The notes under the pieces: generated by a model
Seen by the model: only the letters and a program-made list of their open reading frames with translations
Told to the model about the DNA's origin: nothing
Database searches by the model: none
Made by a program: the position numbers and the translations under genes
Shown here: piece by piece, positions 40,401-52,954 of the stretch
Position numbering within the stretch: the first letter of the stretch is position 1
Layout of the letters: the number at the start of each line of letters is the position of its first letter
Source: Cirrosporium novae-zelandiae
Taxonomy: Eukaryota
DNA length: 64,000 nt
Reading direction: 5' to 3'
Assembly (NCBI GenBank): GCA_026023565.1
Contig: JAPETS010000039.1
Span: 124,001 to 188,000 of the forward strand

Positions 40401-41865
40401 TAGTAAGAAAGCAAGAGAAGTTTTGGATGCGAGACATGAGAGCAAAGAGAAAGTCTTGCGTGCACATGTCCGAACCAAGGGAACCAAGGGGACGAAGGGA
40501 TCCAAGGGATTTACAGAAATCCACAAAATGTACAAAAGCAGAGTCAGCGTCCACAGCCAGGGGGACAAGTAGTCTTACCGGGCTTAGTTTAAGGATAGTT
40601 GACCAAGTTCTAAGCCTGTTAGGTCTAATAACCCTTGGTGAATCCTTGTAAAGGTTGAACAAGAAGCCCTGGGGCTTTTAATCCCATCTTCCCATCATTC
40701 CCTCTTTTTCCCCTCTAACTTGAGTTAACTTACTTGATTGATACTTGGCTAGATGTGTCTCTAGGTACTTGACTACTTTTACAGATACTTTACAGGCATT
40801 ACAGACATTACAGGTTTTTTTTTTTTTTTTTTTTCGCAAAGGCTTAAAGTTACCAAGAGAAAAGAAAAGAGAGAAAAAAGCCCAAGCTCACTAATCGAAC
40901 CTATCGAACCTATCAAACTTCATCGCCCATCGCCCATTGCCCGCCCAATCACCCACCACGTCCCCCCGAGTGCCCCCCCTCCCCCCCAAACTCATCCTTA
41001 CTCGTCAAAATCCAACAGACAGGGCTCGACAGAACAACTTTTAGCAGCCAAACTCGTCAATTCGCCTATTTTCCCACTTTACCACTTTACCCAAAAGTCA
41101 CCCACCAACGTCCCTCCCTTTCCCGCCCATCAGCAAATCTCAAACCAAAAGTAGCCGACTGACCGACGACCTCTCTAAAACCCCCTCCCCCCATATTCCA
41201 GGTCCCCCGTCTCAAAACTTCCCAAAACTTATTCCTAACTTATCTTCCCTCCCCTTCTGATTCTTCGTCGCCGTTATCCCTTCTTAACTTCTCCCCCCCT
41301 ACGACCATTTCTCTATCCCACACATTTTTACAATTTTCAGTTCTGTATCGCTGTGCCCCAGAATTGGATTTTGCTTTCTTCATCTCACCTTCGTTTCCTC
41401 CCTAACTGTGGCCGTAATTTCTCCCAACGTCGTTCTACCGGAATTCCCTGTGACTGGACGGGCTGGCCTGCGCTTCTCACTTGCAACTTACAACCAAACT
41501 GGTTCTGCGACAACCACCTATTCCCACCATTATCAATTATTATTTGCGTCCGCGACGCCAAAAATAAGAGGGCAGGTTCCTCTAAATCAATCAAATTATT
41601 TCCTCCTGACGATACATTCCTCACCATTCGCTACATATCTTGATCCCTCGACTACCATTCTCGTGTCGCATAGTCTTTTTCGAAGCCCCGAACATCTCCC
41701 TGCGATCTAGGCCGGCGAAGACTTTCCTAACGTTCCTCCACCTTAATTGTCTGACAATCGTCTTAAATTCTATCGGTTGGAATCCAATATCGCAGCAGGC
41801 TATATATGAGAATTGATTACTTAGTTTGCAATTGTGTGTGATATTATAATTATTTAGACCGGAAG

Positions 41866-44309
41866 ATGTACCCGGCGCACCATGCAGCGATGGCACCGCC
41901 ACAGAAGCCAGAAACCTTTATGCTCTCTAATGAAGCTCAACAGAGTTTACCTCAGGATGCCCAGGTAGCGCTGCAACAGGTTGACAATCGTAAGTTTGCC
42001 CTGTGATCCTATTTGGAATTCGCGACAAGACAGCCTCACTGCATTGCAGAAAGCATGTAGCTATCCGAATGTTGCCGAGCTGATTATCTATGATAGTGAA
42101 ATATTTTCTTATTTCTGCTCCTGTCGATTGGACCCCAGATCAATGTATTCGTAGATTCCTTCTACCAACCGGAGAATATGTTTCATGTGTGCTATGGTAT
42201 GGTTGTTCTAAAAAATGAAATTGCCTGGAGAAGCCGGCGCGAAGAACATCATCTGACGGGATTGCAGGAACAACCTTTTCCACATCTCGGGTACCGATAT
42301 CGTGCGATGCCTATCATTCCGTTTCCAAGCTTTTGGACGACCAGTTCGAAACACCAAGAAGTTTGAAGAGGGTATTTTCTCGGATCTGCGAAACTTGAAA
42401 GCTGGGACCGATGCATCGCTCGAAGAACCAAAAAGCCCTTTTCTCGATTTCTTGTACAAGAACAACTGTATACGAACGCAAAAGAAGCAGAAGGTATTCT
42501 ACTGGTACAGCGTGCCGCATGATCGGCTGTTCTTGGATGCTCTAGAGCGAGACTTGAAGAGAGAAAAGATGGGTCAGGAAGCTACAACGATTGCCGTCAA
42601 CGAGCCGGCTCTGTCATTCGAATTCGATTCTTCGCAATCTCTATTCGAACAACTTACAAAGGCTCAACAAGCGAACACTTCCTCTTTCGCTGCTAATGCT
42701 AGTGCCACCTACACCCAACCATCCCCCCCGGAAATTAGGGCAGCAGACCCGATGCCACCTCCCCAGATGCCACCTTCAACCATGGCCATGATGCAGGAAG
42801 ATAATCGCATGATGGCATATTCTCAGATGCCTGTGACCCATGGCATGACGGTTAGCTATGTTAAGCCAGAGCAAGATTATGGGTCGCAAATTACGTACGA
42901 TCGGAATGGCATTGCGCTTGGTAGAGTGCACCAGAGGCATGCATCGATGCCCTCGTACATGGAGTATTCTCCTGCTCCATCATTTGTATCATCGCATTAC
43001 GACGACTACAGCAATCGAGGTATTTCCTACGAACCTAATACCCCTCCACAACATGCCTTACCTCTCGCAGCTGAACCGGCTTATATCGCAAACGAAGATA
43101 CTGGCCTATATTCTGCCATTCCAGATCTTGCAGCATCTGCCTACGGAGGAATGATGCCGATACCCGCTTCAAGCCTTGGTGGTCTACAATTTTCTGCTGC
43201 CACTCGTACGTTCCCTGGTGGAAATGTCTATTCAGTAATTGAAGGCTCGCCAACCTACAAGCAAAGACGGCGACGCTCATCTATCCCCCCCGCTGTCAGC
43301 ACCGCCGTCGCCGCAAACCTTGCCAATGGCCAAACACATTCCGTCCATCGCTCCAGTGATTTGCGTCGATCAGTTTCAAGTTCAGTAAACCCGGTGACAG
43401 AAGCCGAGGAGCCAATACGCGCTTCGCCTGCAGCTACGATGGCTAGTTATCCTTCTATGATTGGCCAACAAAAAGAGCTTTTGGAACTTGCTTCACGGCA
43501 TGGAACCCCGCTGTCAACCCTGGAGGGTAGCCCAAGTCTAAATCCTTTGGCTGTCATCAATCAGCAGGATGACTTTTCGCATTTGACCAATGGCGAATTA
43601 TCTGAGGCCTCGGTGCATACAAGCCCAGCGGCTGCAGTCCGCCCAGAACGACCAGGCCCTGTGCGTCGAGCTCGGAGTGCTACGATGATGGAGTTAGGTC
43701 CATACCCGCACAAATCACATTCCTGCCCGATTCCTACGTGTGGACGGCTGTTTAAAAGATTGGAACATCTGAAACGGTATGTCTGAATCTCTATTTTTAC
43801 ACTGAAGCATTTTGTGAAGATGCTATTTTTGGTTTCATTCATTTATTTGGTTTGATTGTCATTTGTTTCCAATTTCTGTAGCCGCCTGGCTGACCGGGCG
43901 CCTAATTTAGGCATGTACGCACGCATACCAATGAGCGGCCCTACATCTGTCCTCATTGCAATAAGACCTTCTCCCGGTCCGACAACTTAGCACAGTAAGT
44001 TGTATTCGGCGTCTAAAAATAGTTAGGGTGGAACTAATTGTTATTGGCAGACACCGTCGCATCCATGAACAACAACAAAATGGCGAGTTCCCACCTTATA
44101 ATAGTGAGGAGGAAATCGAGAATGAGGAAAATGAATTTGGCTCTCTAGAAGAAGAACCTTCCCCAAATTCGGATCAAGGCTTCATTCCCACTAGTATTGC
44201 TACAACGATGGCCAATATAACCTCGATGCCGGTGTCAACTGTTGGGTATTCAAATAATCCAATGGCGAGTCAACTGGTTACAGCGCAGATGCTACAACAA
44301 CCACTGTAA
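41866..44309 (+). CDS. STE12: Ste12-like transcription factor (STE domain + two C2H2 zinc fingers), 5 coding exons
   Basis: [133 protein letters not shown]. Confidence 0.97.
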
Positions 44310-46112
44310 TCGTGGTCTCATGATTATGGATGGATGGTCTAGATGGCCCGAATCTCTCTTTGGCGGATATGTATGATAATCTTGTTAGCTTCGATGAGGT
44401 GTGATGATATGAAAACAACTACCGAGTTTCCTTCGACTTGCGACACGGTTTAATTCAACTCATGTCTACTCCACCACATCTCATCTCCGCCGCACGTTTC
44501 AGCAACATGGATAGTCCGCATTTATTTCCAAAGTAGCGGATTTTCGACAAGCTATCCTTTTCGGATACATACTTTCATCTCATCCTCTGGCATCGAGTCG
44601 CTGCTCTATCAGATATCGACATCAAGTCGGCTATTGGAGCTTGGATGCCAGGTGGCTCACGAGGTTCACGAGTCTCCCAATTTTTTTTCGATTGTTATGC
44701 AATTCCAATGTTATCTTCTCTCCTCTTCAGCTATTTGGTCAACACTGGCATATGATTTCATCTTGGCACATTTTCTTTTATGCGTCTCCTGGTGGCTGAT
44801 CTTGATTTGCATACTTCGGGCGTGGAACTCATTTGTATCACTTGAAAACCTTAGCATTGCGCATTCCCTTCTTAGCCATACGCTGTTTTATTTTCTAGCG
44901 TGCGCGTCCATGCGGATTCAGCGACATTGCTGGAACAAGCTTTTGAATACCTTTGATAAATGCTCAGAACAGCACTTTCGATGAGCTTCATCTCCTTTCT
45001 ACAATAGCAGAAGGTGAAAGGAATGGATGGGATTGATTGTGAAGGACCAAGGCCAGGAACGAAGGGAAGGTCCGGGGTGGGCAAAGTGAATGGAATGATA
45101 GATGGACAGGCTATGATAGGCAAGGAAAAGGGTGGCTAGGGTGGACTCTGGATGCGTGGTTCACCATGGGCAATAAATGTCTTACAACGAAATTTTTCTA
45201 TCTACTTTTTCCTGATACTTTCAAAGATTTTTTTATTTCCTTTTAAAACTATTCTCTAAGTATTTATTACTATTATTATGGCTGATAGATGAGGCTGGGT
45301 TGAGTTGGGGATGGAATGGAATACAAGGAAGGCCTCTGGACTAAACAGGACGAGGTCATATGAAGAGATGGATGAGGGATATCGAGATATAAGCAGATAG
45401 CTTAGGAAGGTGAATGCAATCGAATTACTGAATGTTCAACTTTTTCTTTCCAATTTTTCATTCTAACTTGCAGGTCTTCCGGGATTGATTACTTCAGATA
45501 CCCGAACTCATTCCGTGATATGACCACTCTCTGTTATTTGTTGGGTCTTTTTGGATGGTTTCCTAAAGCTCCGATTTTTTGCCGGCAATTCCGAGGTAAG
45601 GTCCGAAAATTTGGTTGTTAGAATTACATAATCCTTCGTATAGACTTTTTTGCTCTTACAGATACTTAACACTATTAAGTTTTGCTGTAGAAAGTTTTTT
45701 CCCCCAACCTTTTGGCAATGATAGAAGATTAGAAAATTATATGTATGTGATCTAAACTCTTCCTTTAAAAAAAGCAATGCAAATGGAAGACCGATAAGGA
45801 TGCATTGTTAGGCCTAGAACCAATCAGATATGGTAATATTCGGCTTACCACAATGCCAGGGTCAAGTGTGTCGAGGTTCTCCGCACGCTTAACGTAAGCC
45901 CTGACGATCTCTTTACTCATTAAACGTCAAGATTTCACTTCCCATCAATTTCACACTAACCTACTCGCCATTGAGCAGAAAACCCCCACTCAGAACATCT
46001 CTCATCTCACTTTTTCTCCTTCAACTCTCAACTCCATTGTATTTTCATCAATTCGCCATATATCCTCCACTCTTGACCATTGCTAATAAAACATAAAAAA
46101 AACCTGGCCAAG

Positions 46113-48010
46113 ATGGAAGCCTTGCTCCACCAGTCTCGCGCCATGTGCCCTTTCCTCAAGAAGACGTCCCCGTCTACCTTGAGGGCCCTTTCCACTGCGA
46201 CTCCTCGTCAGGCTAGTCCTGGCGGGGGAGCCATGTCTAACTTACAGGTCATTGCTCGTCGCTGCCCTGTCATGGGCAAGGCACTTGCTGTGCAAAGCGC
46301 TCATAGCAATCGAGTCTTGCTCAGCGCCGCCAAGGCCTATAGTGGAAGGGCCTCAATCCATACATCCAGGCCAAAGGGGGCAAATGTTGCTACCGGGGTT
46401 TCGGGGAAGCCTCATCAAGGTTAGTAGGGCAATGAGGACATAATTTCTCCTAATGAAGTGGCTGATTTCGTTGGTATATAGCTCCCCTCCCTCGTGTGAC
46501 TCAGACCACCGCTTGTAGCCGTGACCAAAATCTTGGAGTTGGTCCTAAACCGGCTGCCCCAGCAACTACCAAATATGATTATGACGGCTTCTATAACAAT
46601 GAGCTGGATAAGAAGCACAAAGATAGATCTTATCGCTACTTCAACAACATCAATCGAATGGCTAAAGAATTCCCTCGAGCCCATATGGCTACTATGGAAG
46701 AAAAGGTCGATGTATGGTGCTCGAACGATTACCTTGGAATGGGTAGGAACCCTCATGTTTTGGAGAAAATGCATAAAACTATTGATATGTATGGTGCTGG
46801 TGCTGGAGGAACTCGTAATATCTCCGGCCATAACAGACATGCTATTTCTCTTGAGGCTACATTAGCAAAACTTCATGCCAAGGAAGCGGCTTTGGTCTTT
46901 TCATCTTGCTATGTGGCCAATGATGCTACTTTGGCAACATTAGGAAGTAAGATGCCCAATTGTGTCTACCTTTCTGATGAATTGAATCATGCTTCCATGA
47001 TTCAAGGTATTCGCCACTCCGGAACCAAAAAGATCATTTTCAAACATAACGATATGGTTGACCTGGAAGCGAAGCTAGCTTCCCTCTCCCCTGAGTGCCC
47101 CAAGATCATCGCCTTTGAGAGTGTTTATAGTATGTGTGGTTCCATCGCTCCTATTGAAAAAATCTGTGATTTGGCTGAAAAGTATGGCGCTCTCACTTTC
47201 CTTGACGAAGTTCATGCTGTTGGTATGTATGGACCACATGGTGCTGGTGTTGCTGAGCATCTTGACTATGACGTTTACGCATCCGGTGGCAATACCAAGG
47301 GCACAGTCATGGATCGCATTGATATCATTACTGGCACTCTCGGTAAGGCTTATGGTTGTGTCGGTGGTTACATTGCAGGGAAAGCCAACATGGTCGATAC
47401 AATTCGGTCTTTGGCACCTGGATTCATTTTTACAACATCTCTTCCACCTGCAACCATGGCCGGTGCTCAAATCGCAATAGAATACCAGGAGCAATACCAA
47501 GGCGATCGCCGCCTTCAACAAATGCACACTCGTGCAGTGAAACAAGCTCTCAGTGAAAAGAACATCCCAGTTATTCCTAATCCCTCACATATCGTTCCCT
47601 TGCTAGTTGGTAATGCCGAACTTGCAAAAGAGGCTTCCGACATGCTTCTCGAAGACTATAACATTTACGTCCAAGCAATTAATTACCCAACTGTTCCAGT
47701 TGGACAAGAACGCCTGAGAATTACTCCTACACCTGGTCACACCAAAGCTTTCCGAGACCACTTGGTTGAAGCCCTTGAAGGTGTCTGGAACCGCTTAAAC
47801 CTCAAGCGTACCAGTGACTGGGCTGCCGATGGTGGGTTCATTGGTGTAGGCGTCAAGGATGCCAAACCGGTTGAGCCAATCTGGACAGATAAACAGCTCA
47901 ATCTGAATAAGATTGAAGGAACGATGAAGGCCGGTGGGGCTATTAATGATAGCATCCTCGAGAAAGAACTAGGTGGTGTTGCCCCTAAGCCCATTTCTGC
48001 TGCTGCTTAG
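46113..48010 (+). CDS. HEM1: 5-aminolevulinate synthase, mitochondrial; 1 intron (~46420-46480)
   Basis: [71 protein letters not shown] (PLP lysine). Confidence 0.97.
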
Positions 48011-50189
48011 ACCAATCTATGAGTAGTGTACTACCTTGGATTGTCTTTTCTGTGCCATTGGTATAATGGGCTGATTATATTTGGTGATGGATTTTCCGTT
48101 TTGATCCCATAACTTGAAATTCTCAAGGATGAAAATTTTTCAACCAACTACAACCATGTATTTGAACATGTGTTGATATACATTCATTCGTTTATTTATA
48201 ACACGCTTGTCTAGGCATTGATCAATTAATTTATGATCTACCTAAGCTTGAATTTAGGATCAGACGACTACGTTCGTACGACTTAATATACGATTGTTTT
48301 ACTTCCTCTCCAATTTTTGCAACCCTATTTTTATTTTTCTGGACATGATAAAACAAAATGTGTATGCCTGTTGTGGTTGTAGCCTAGTAGTCTTTTAACA
48401 TAACCCTTTTGTCTAGGAAATCATTTAGCTAACAAGCTGTGACAGTCAACATTGATAGATGAATGGACAAGCCCAAGCCGATTCTAAGACTATACTAAAA
48501 TTTATAGCCATATATCGTAACTTTTCAATTCCAGTCCCACCCTTGTCCTATACCCTTTCATGCATACGATAAACACCCCCCCCCCTTCCCTCTTCCACTC
48601 TAGAAGTAACAATTCACGAATCTATTACCCAGCTTTTGAATATATACTAAAGCGCTTTATTTAGCCTTGGGTGGTCAAATGAGCTAGGAATAATAACAAA
48701 TGGTTCCGCTGCTGCTGAAAAAGGTGTTCGGTGTAAGAATTCATTTCTTTACACCAGTGCCCCACGTAGATAATTATGAAAGACCTATTTTTAAGTAAGT
48801 CCTAAAATGGAAATAAATTTTGAACTTGGTATGAGGAATGGATTATTAGATTGATTAAACTAAGGGAGGGGAGGAGTTATGTCTCGTTGGGTCTGTAGAT
48901 AATAGATGGCTTATTTGGTTTGATCTGTTCTTTTTGCTGGATGAGATAGTAGGGGGAGGAGGAGAAGGCAAAGAGAGATAAACCCCCGCATAAACATAGC
49001 ATATCTTAAAGAGCGACCTCAGGGACCAAATCTCCGACAATGACGCTCTTGATTAGGGTGCTTGAGATAAGGTAAGAACTCAAGTCCAGTGCCCAAAGAC
49101 ATGGCCCATAGTATGTATAGTTTTGTTTTTAATTGATAGGGAGACCGGCAGCAGCAAGGTAAAGAAAGGAAAAGGATACAGAAAATACGAAAGGATAAAT
49201 TGGAAACATTGAAAAAATAATATATGGCTTTTTTGAAATATATATAATGTCTTGAGAGCGTTGAACTTTTCACACACAAAGTGATGAAATCATGATGAAA
49301 ATTAAAAGTTGAAGGTTCGGACAGACGGTCAAAACCGAGTTCAAACTTCACAATAATTATATCAAAAAAGTCTTACAGTCGCTGAAAGTTGTGCCGTTCG
49401 GGCACCCAACTGATGACCCACTTCATTTGTTTTTTATTGCTGTCATTACTTCCTCCTTCAAAGCAGAGAGACTTACTAAGGTTGCGCCTAAACACTCCCT
49501 ATTCCGAAGCCTCTCTCGTGAATGAAGCCTTGGTTCTATTTTATCGTTAAGGGGATTCTGGTAGGACTCTCAAGGAATTTTTTTGGTTTATCGCCTTAAG
49601 TATTTAGAGGCGCTATGATTCTCATGTTTATTAAAAAAGTAGTGTGGGTCTTCCAACACCTTGAGGGTGCATACATATATATGTAGCAGTTGACAATCTG
49701 CTGCTACCTTCAAGTCGCGAATATTAAGAAGAAGATGGAAGCGGTGAAATTGAGGCAAAGTCGAGATGGTTGGACTTGTTACTTGATAGAGTGATTCAGG
49801 CGACCAAGAAGCGATCCAGTAATGAAGCTCGGAAACTAATTGAAACTCGAGAACCTTTCTGGTGTTTTCTCGGACTTTGCGAAAGTGGTGTGTTATGAGG
49901 TAAGCATGGTGAGGGAGGTGTGGTAATGTAGTTTATATAAATCGGCAGCATCTCTAATTATGGTAATCTATCCGCCCTCATAGGTCGGGGGTTGAAGTCT
50001 AGATACCTGAGGCATCAATTAAAGGTCAGACTTAGGTGAGATAAACCGAACCCCCGCCATACATACAAAGTGAGAGTGAGAGTGATAAATGTTTTCTTTT
50101 CGATGCCCCGCATAGTGCCAGAGTAAAGATATAAAAAAAATTGAATTTTTTTTCCCCCAATAGAATTATTGAAAAAGACAAAGGGAAAT

Positions 50190-51923
50190 ATGGAATATGA
50201 TGCAAAGACCCGTGAGTCCTTCGATTTCTATTGTTTCTTGAACAATATATTGATGTTGGTTCTTGGTGTAGCACCCTATAGCACCGGCGACAAAACTTCC
50301 TTCGCCTTCGTCTCCGCGCGCGATCGATGGCCTATAATCATTGTAGGACAACTTCCCCTCAGAAAAATTCCTTATTCGGACAAGCATTCAATTGACAAGA
50401 AGGCAACGGTAGACTGGCGCAATCGACGATGTCCACCGCGCCGTGGGTGAGATAACCGATCCAGCCAAACATGCCGATGGCAAGAGAATCATTGAGAAGT
50501 TGGCGACGTTAAAATATGAAGTGCAACATGATAGGCAGTTGACGTAAGCTTTGTTCTCTCACCTAGTTGAGGTCTACTCATTAGAACTTATGAAGGGCGA
50601 CGGGAATGTGTTGCTAAGGAGAGTGAGATTTAATATATAGACCCCTTGAGGATGACGGTGAATCCGACGTGGAAGATTATAACAAGGAGCTTGCAGCTAG
50701 GGGAAATCCTACCTGGTTCGATGTGTCATGGTTATATTCCGAATGCTATCTCTACCGGTAAATATTTCCCCCAATGTTGTTCATGCTTCCCATCAAACTG
50801 ACCCTCCCTCCTAAGCCGCATAAACACATTCTTCACCCTATCCACCTACTGGAAATCCTACGATGTCTTTTCCGCCCAAAAAATCAGCACATTCCGTTCC
50901 TCGAGGCCGGCTGTCCTGGAACTCGCCGCCCGCTACAAGGAGCTCTCGGAACAGCTCACGCACGAAGCATCCTCGGAGCATGATAAGGCAGCAGAAGAAC
51001 TCTTATTCGACGAAATGTGCGAAATCTGCCTCTGGGGAAACGCGACCGACCTCTCTCTGCTCACGAGCTTGACATACGATGACATCCAGAAGCTGCAAGG
51101 CTCACAGGCGCGCAAGGACTCGGAAAAAAACATACTCGTTAACGACCTCCCGGCCGCCTACCACGTGCTGAAATCCCTTCAGAAATCTAACCCCTCGACC
51201 TCGGACACAGATCTCGATGCCCGAAGGGTCGACATCATCCTCGACAACGCAGGCTTCGAACTCTATGTTGACCTCATCCTCGCAGGGTTCCTGCTGGCCT
51301 CCAACCTCGCCACCTCGGTGGTGCTGCACCCCAAATCCATGCCCTGGTTTGTGTCGGACGTACTGCCGGGAGACTTTTCCGCCCTGCTCAATGCCCTCGC
51401 TGATCCCCAAACCTTCTACTCCTCCCCTTCCTCCTCAACCACGGGAACAGCAACCCCACCAGGAACAAAAACACCCCCGCTAACCCCAGCCGAAACCTCC
51501 TCCCTCCAATTCCTCTTCCAACAATGGAGCACCTACCACTCCACAGGCCGTCTCCTCATCCGCCCCAACCGCTTCTGGACAACCGCGCACACCTACTGGC
51601 GCCTGCCCCACCTCTCCCCCTCCCTCCACAAAGACCTCCAATCCTCCGTCCTCGTAATCTTCAAGGGGGACCTCAACTACCGAAAACTCGTCTGCGACGC
51701 CGACTGGGATGTTTCGGTGCCGTTTAACCAGGGGTGTGGACCTTTGGGGGAGAAGGGCAGCGGGATTAGGGTTCTGGCCTTGAGGACTTGTAAGGCGGAT
51801 ACGGTTGTGGGGTTACCTAGGGGGAGGGACGAGGAGCTGAGGGGGGGTAAGAAGGAGAGGGAGTGGAGCTGGAGTGGGAAATGGGCGGTTGTGCAGTTTT
51901 GGGATGGGAAGGAGGAGGCTTAG
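50190..51923 (+). CDS. DUF89/ARMT1-like damage-control metal-dependent phosphatase, ~5 exons
   Basis: MEYDAKTP|PYSTGDKTSFAFVSARDRWPIII, WFDVSWLYSECYLYR, CLWGNATDLSLL, DIILDNAGFELYVD, PWFVSDV, IFKGDLNYRKL, ALRTCKAD. Confidence 0.92.
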
Positions 51924-52040
51924 GGTATGAGTGGGTAGTATGGACACTTGGAATTTAGCTGGTTGGGTTGGGTTGGATTGGATTGGTGAACAACCCTCCC
52001 CCCTCTCTTCCCTGATAATATGACATGGATATGACCACCC

Positions 52041-52043
<3 letters not shown>

Positions 52044-52078
<35 letters not shown>

Positions 52079-52127
52079 ATATCCCCTACGAAAGCTACGA
52101 TATTAAACAGATAGACACACCCAATAT

Positions 52128-52160
<33 letters not shown>
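52044..52160 (+). repeat. (ATACCC)n and (AGAC)n microsatellites
   Basis: ccatacccatacccatacccataccc..., then gacagacagacagac... Confidence 0.9.
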
Positions 52161-52624
52161 AAATCCAACTACATGAAGTTTTCTTTTTTTTTAACAAAAA
52201 AATAAAGCTGATTCAAATGGGATCTACAGTGTAGGTATTTAAGCAAGAAGGTATGGAATTCAAGCATATGGAATCATTTATTCATTCATACATGGGATTT
52301 TTTTACAAAAAAATAAAGCCGATTCAATGGGATATACAGTGTATGTATATAGGGTATTTAGGCAACAAGGTATGGAATTTGCAAATCAAATAAGTAAGTA
52401 AACCCCATTCCCCCCCAAGCCCCCAGGGCTTGGTTTGGATTTAATAAGCTAGGTCAGGCTGAGGCATATATCATATTATATCAGAGCACCTTTCCTCCCT
52501 TTCCTTTCCTTCCCTCCTCTCCTCCATACCCCCGTGACTAGATAAAAGTAGCTAACCCCATTCCCTCCCAAAGCCAGCCCCCTCCCCCCTCAATCATCCA
52601 TCCATCCATTCACTTCCAACCTCA

Positions 52625-52954
52625 TCATCCCTTCATCTTCCTCTTCTTCTCGCACGCCTGCCCTGGAAGAAAACACCAACCGTTTTCGAGATCGGAGATA
52701 AAATCCGACGAGTCCTCTTCTTCGCGTTTCTCGTTTGAGGAGGTCGTGGCTTCTACCTGGATGAGTATTGGGAGATCGGTGGGTATTTGTGGTTGGGAAG
52801 GTGGGGTTGTTGTGATGAGGGTGGTGGGGATGTGGGAAGGGGTTGAGATGGTGGTTGAGATGGTAGGGGGGAGAGGGATGGCGAAAGAGGTTGAGAAGGT
52901 CATAGTGGTGAGGATGTAGAGGGTTGTGAGGATGGTGGTGGTGGTGAGAGGCAT
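52625..52954 (-). CDS. ppgA: Alpha-factor-like peptide pheromone precursor (PpgA/Ppg1/CCG-4 type), single repeat
   Basis: Hydrophobic signal-like N-terminus (..TSFA|IPLP), Thr/Pro pro-region, Kex2 site NEKR, and nonapeptide WCFLPGQAC followed by E-KKR, matching the WCxxxGQxC pheromone consensus. Confidence 0.78.
   Translation of the reverse strand: MPLTTTTILTTLYILTTMTFSTSFAIPLPPTISTTISTPSHIPTTLITTTPPSQPQIPTDLPILIQVEATTSSNEKREEEDSSDFISDLENGWCFLPGQACEKKRKMKG

Noticed and set aside
49680..49900. Short hairpin plus ~55-codon open stretch (EDGSGEIEAKSRWLDLL..)
   Set aside because: No start or splice context and no recognisable family; too weak
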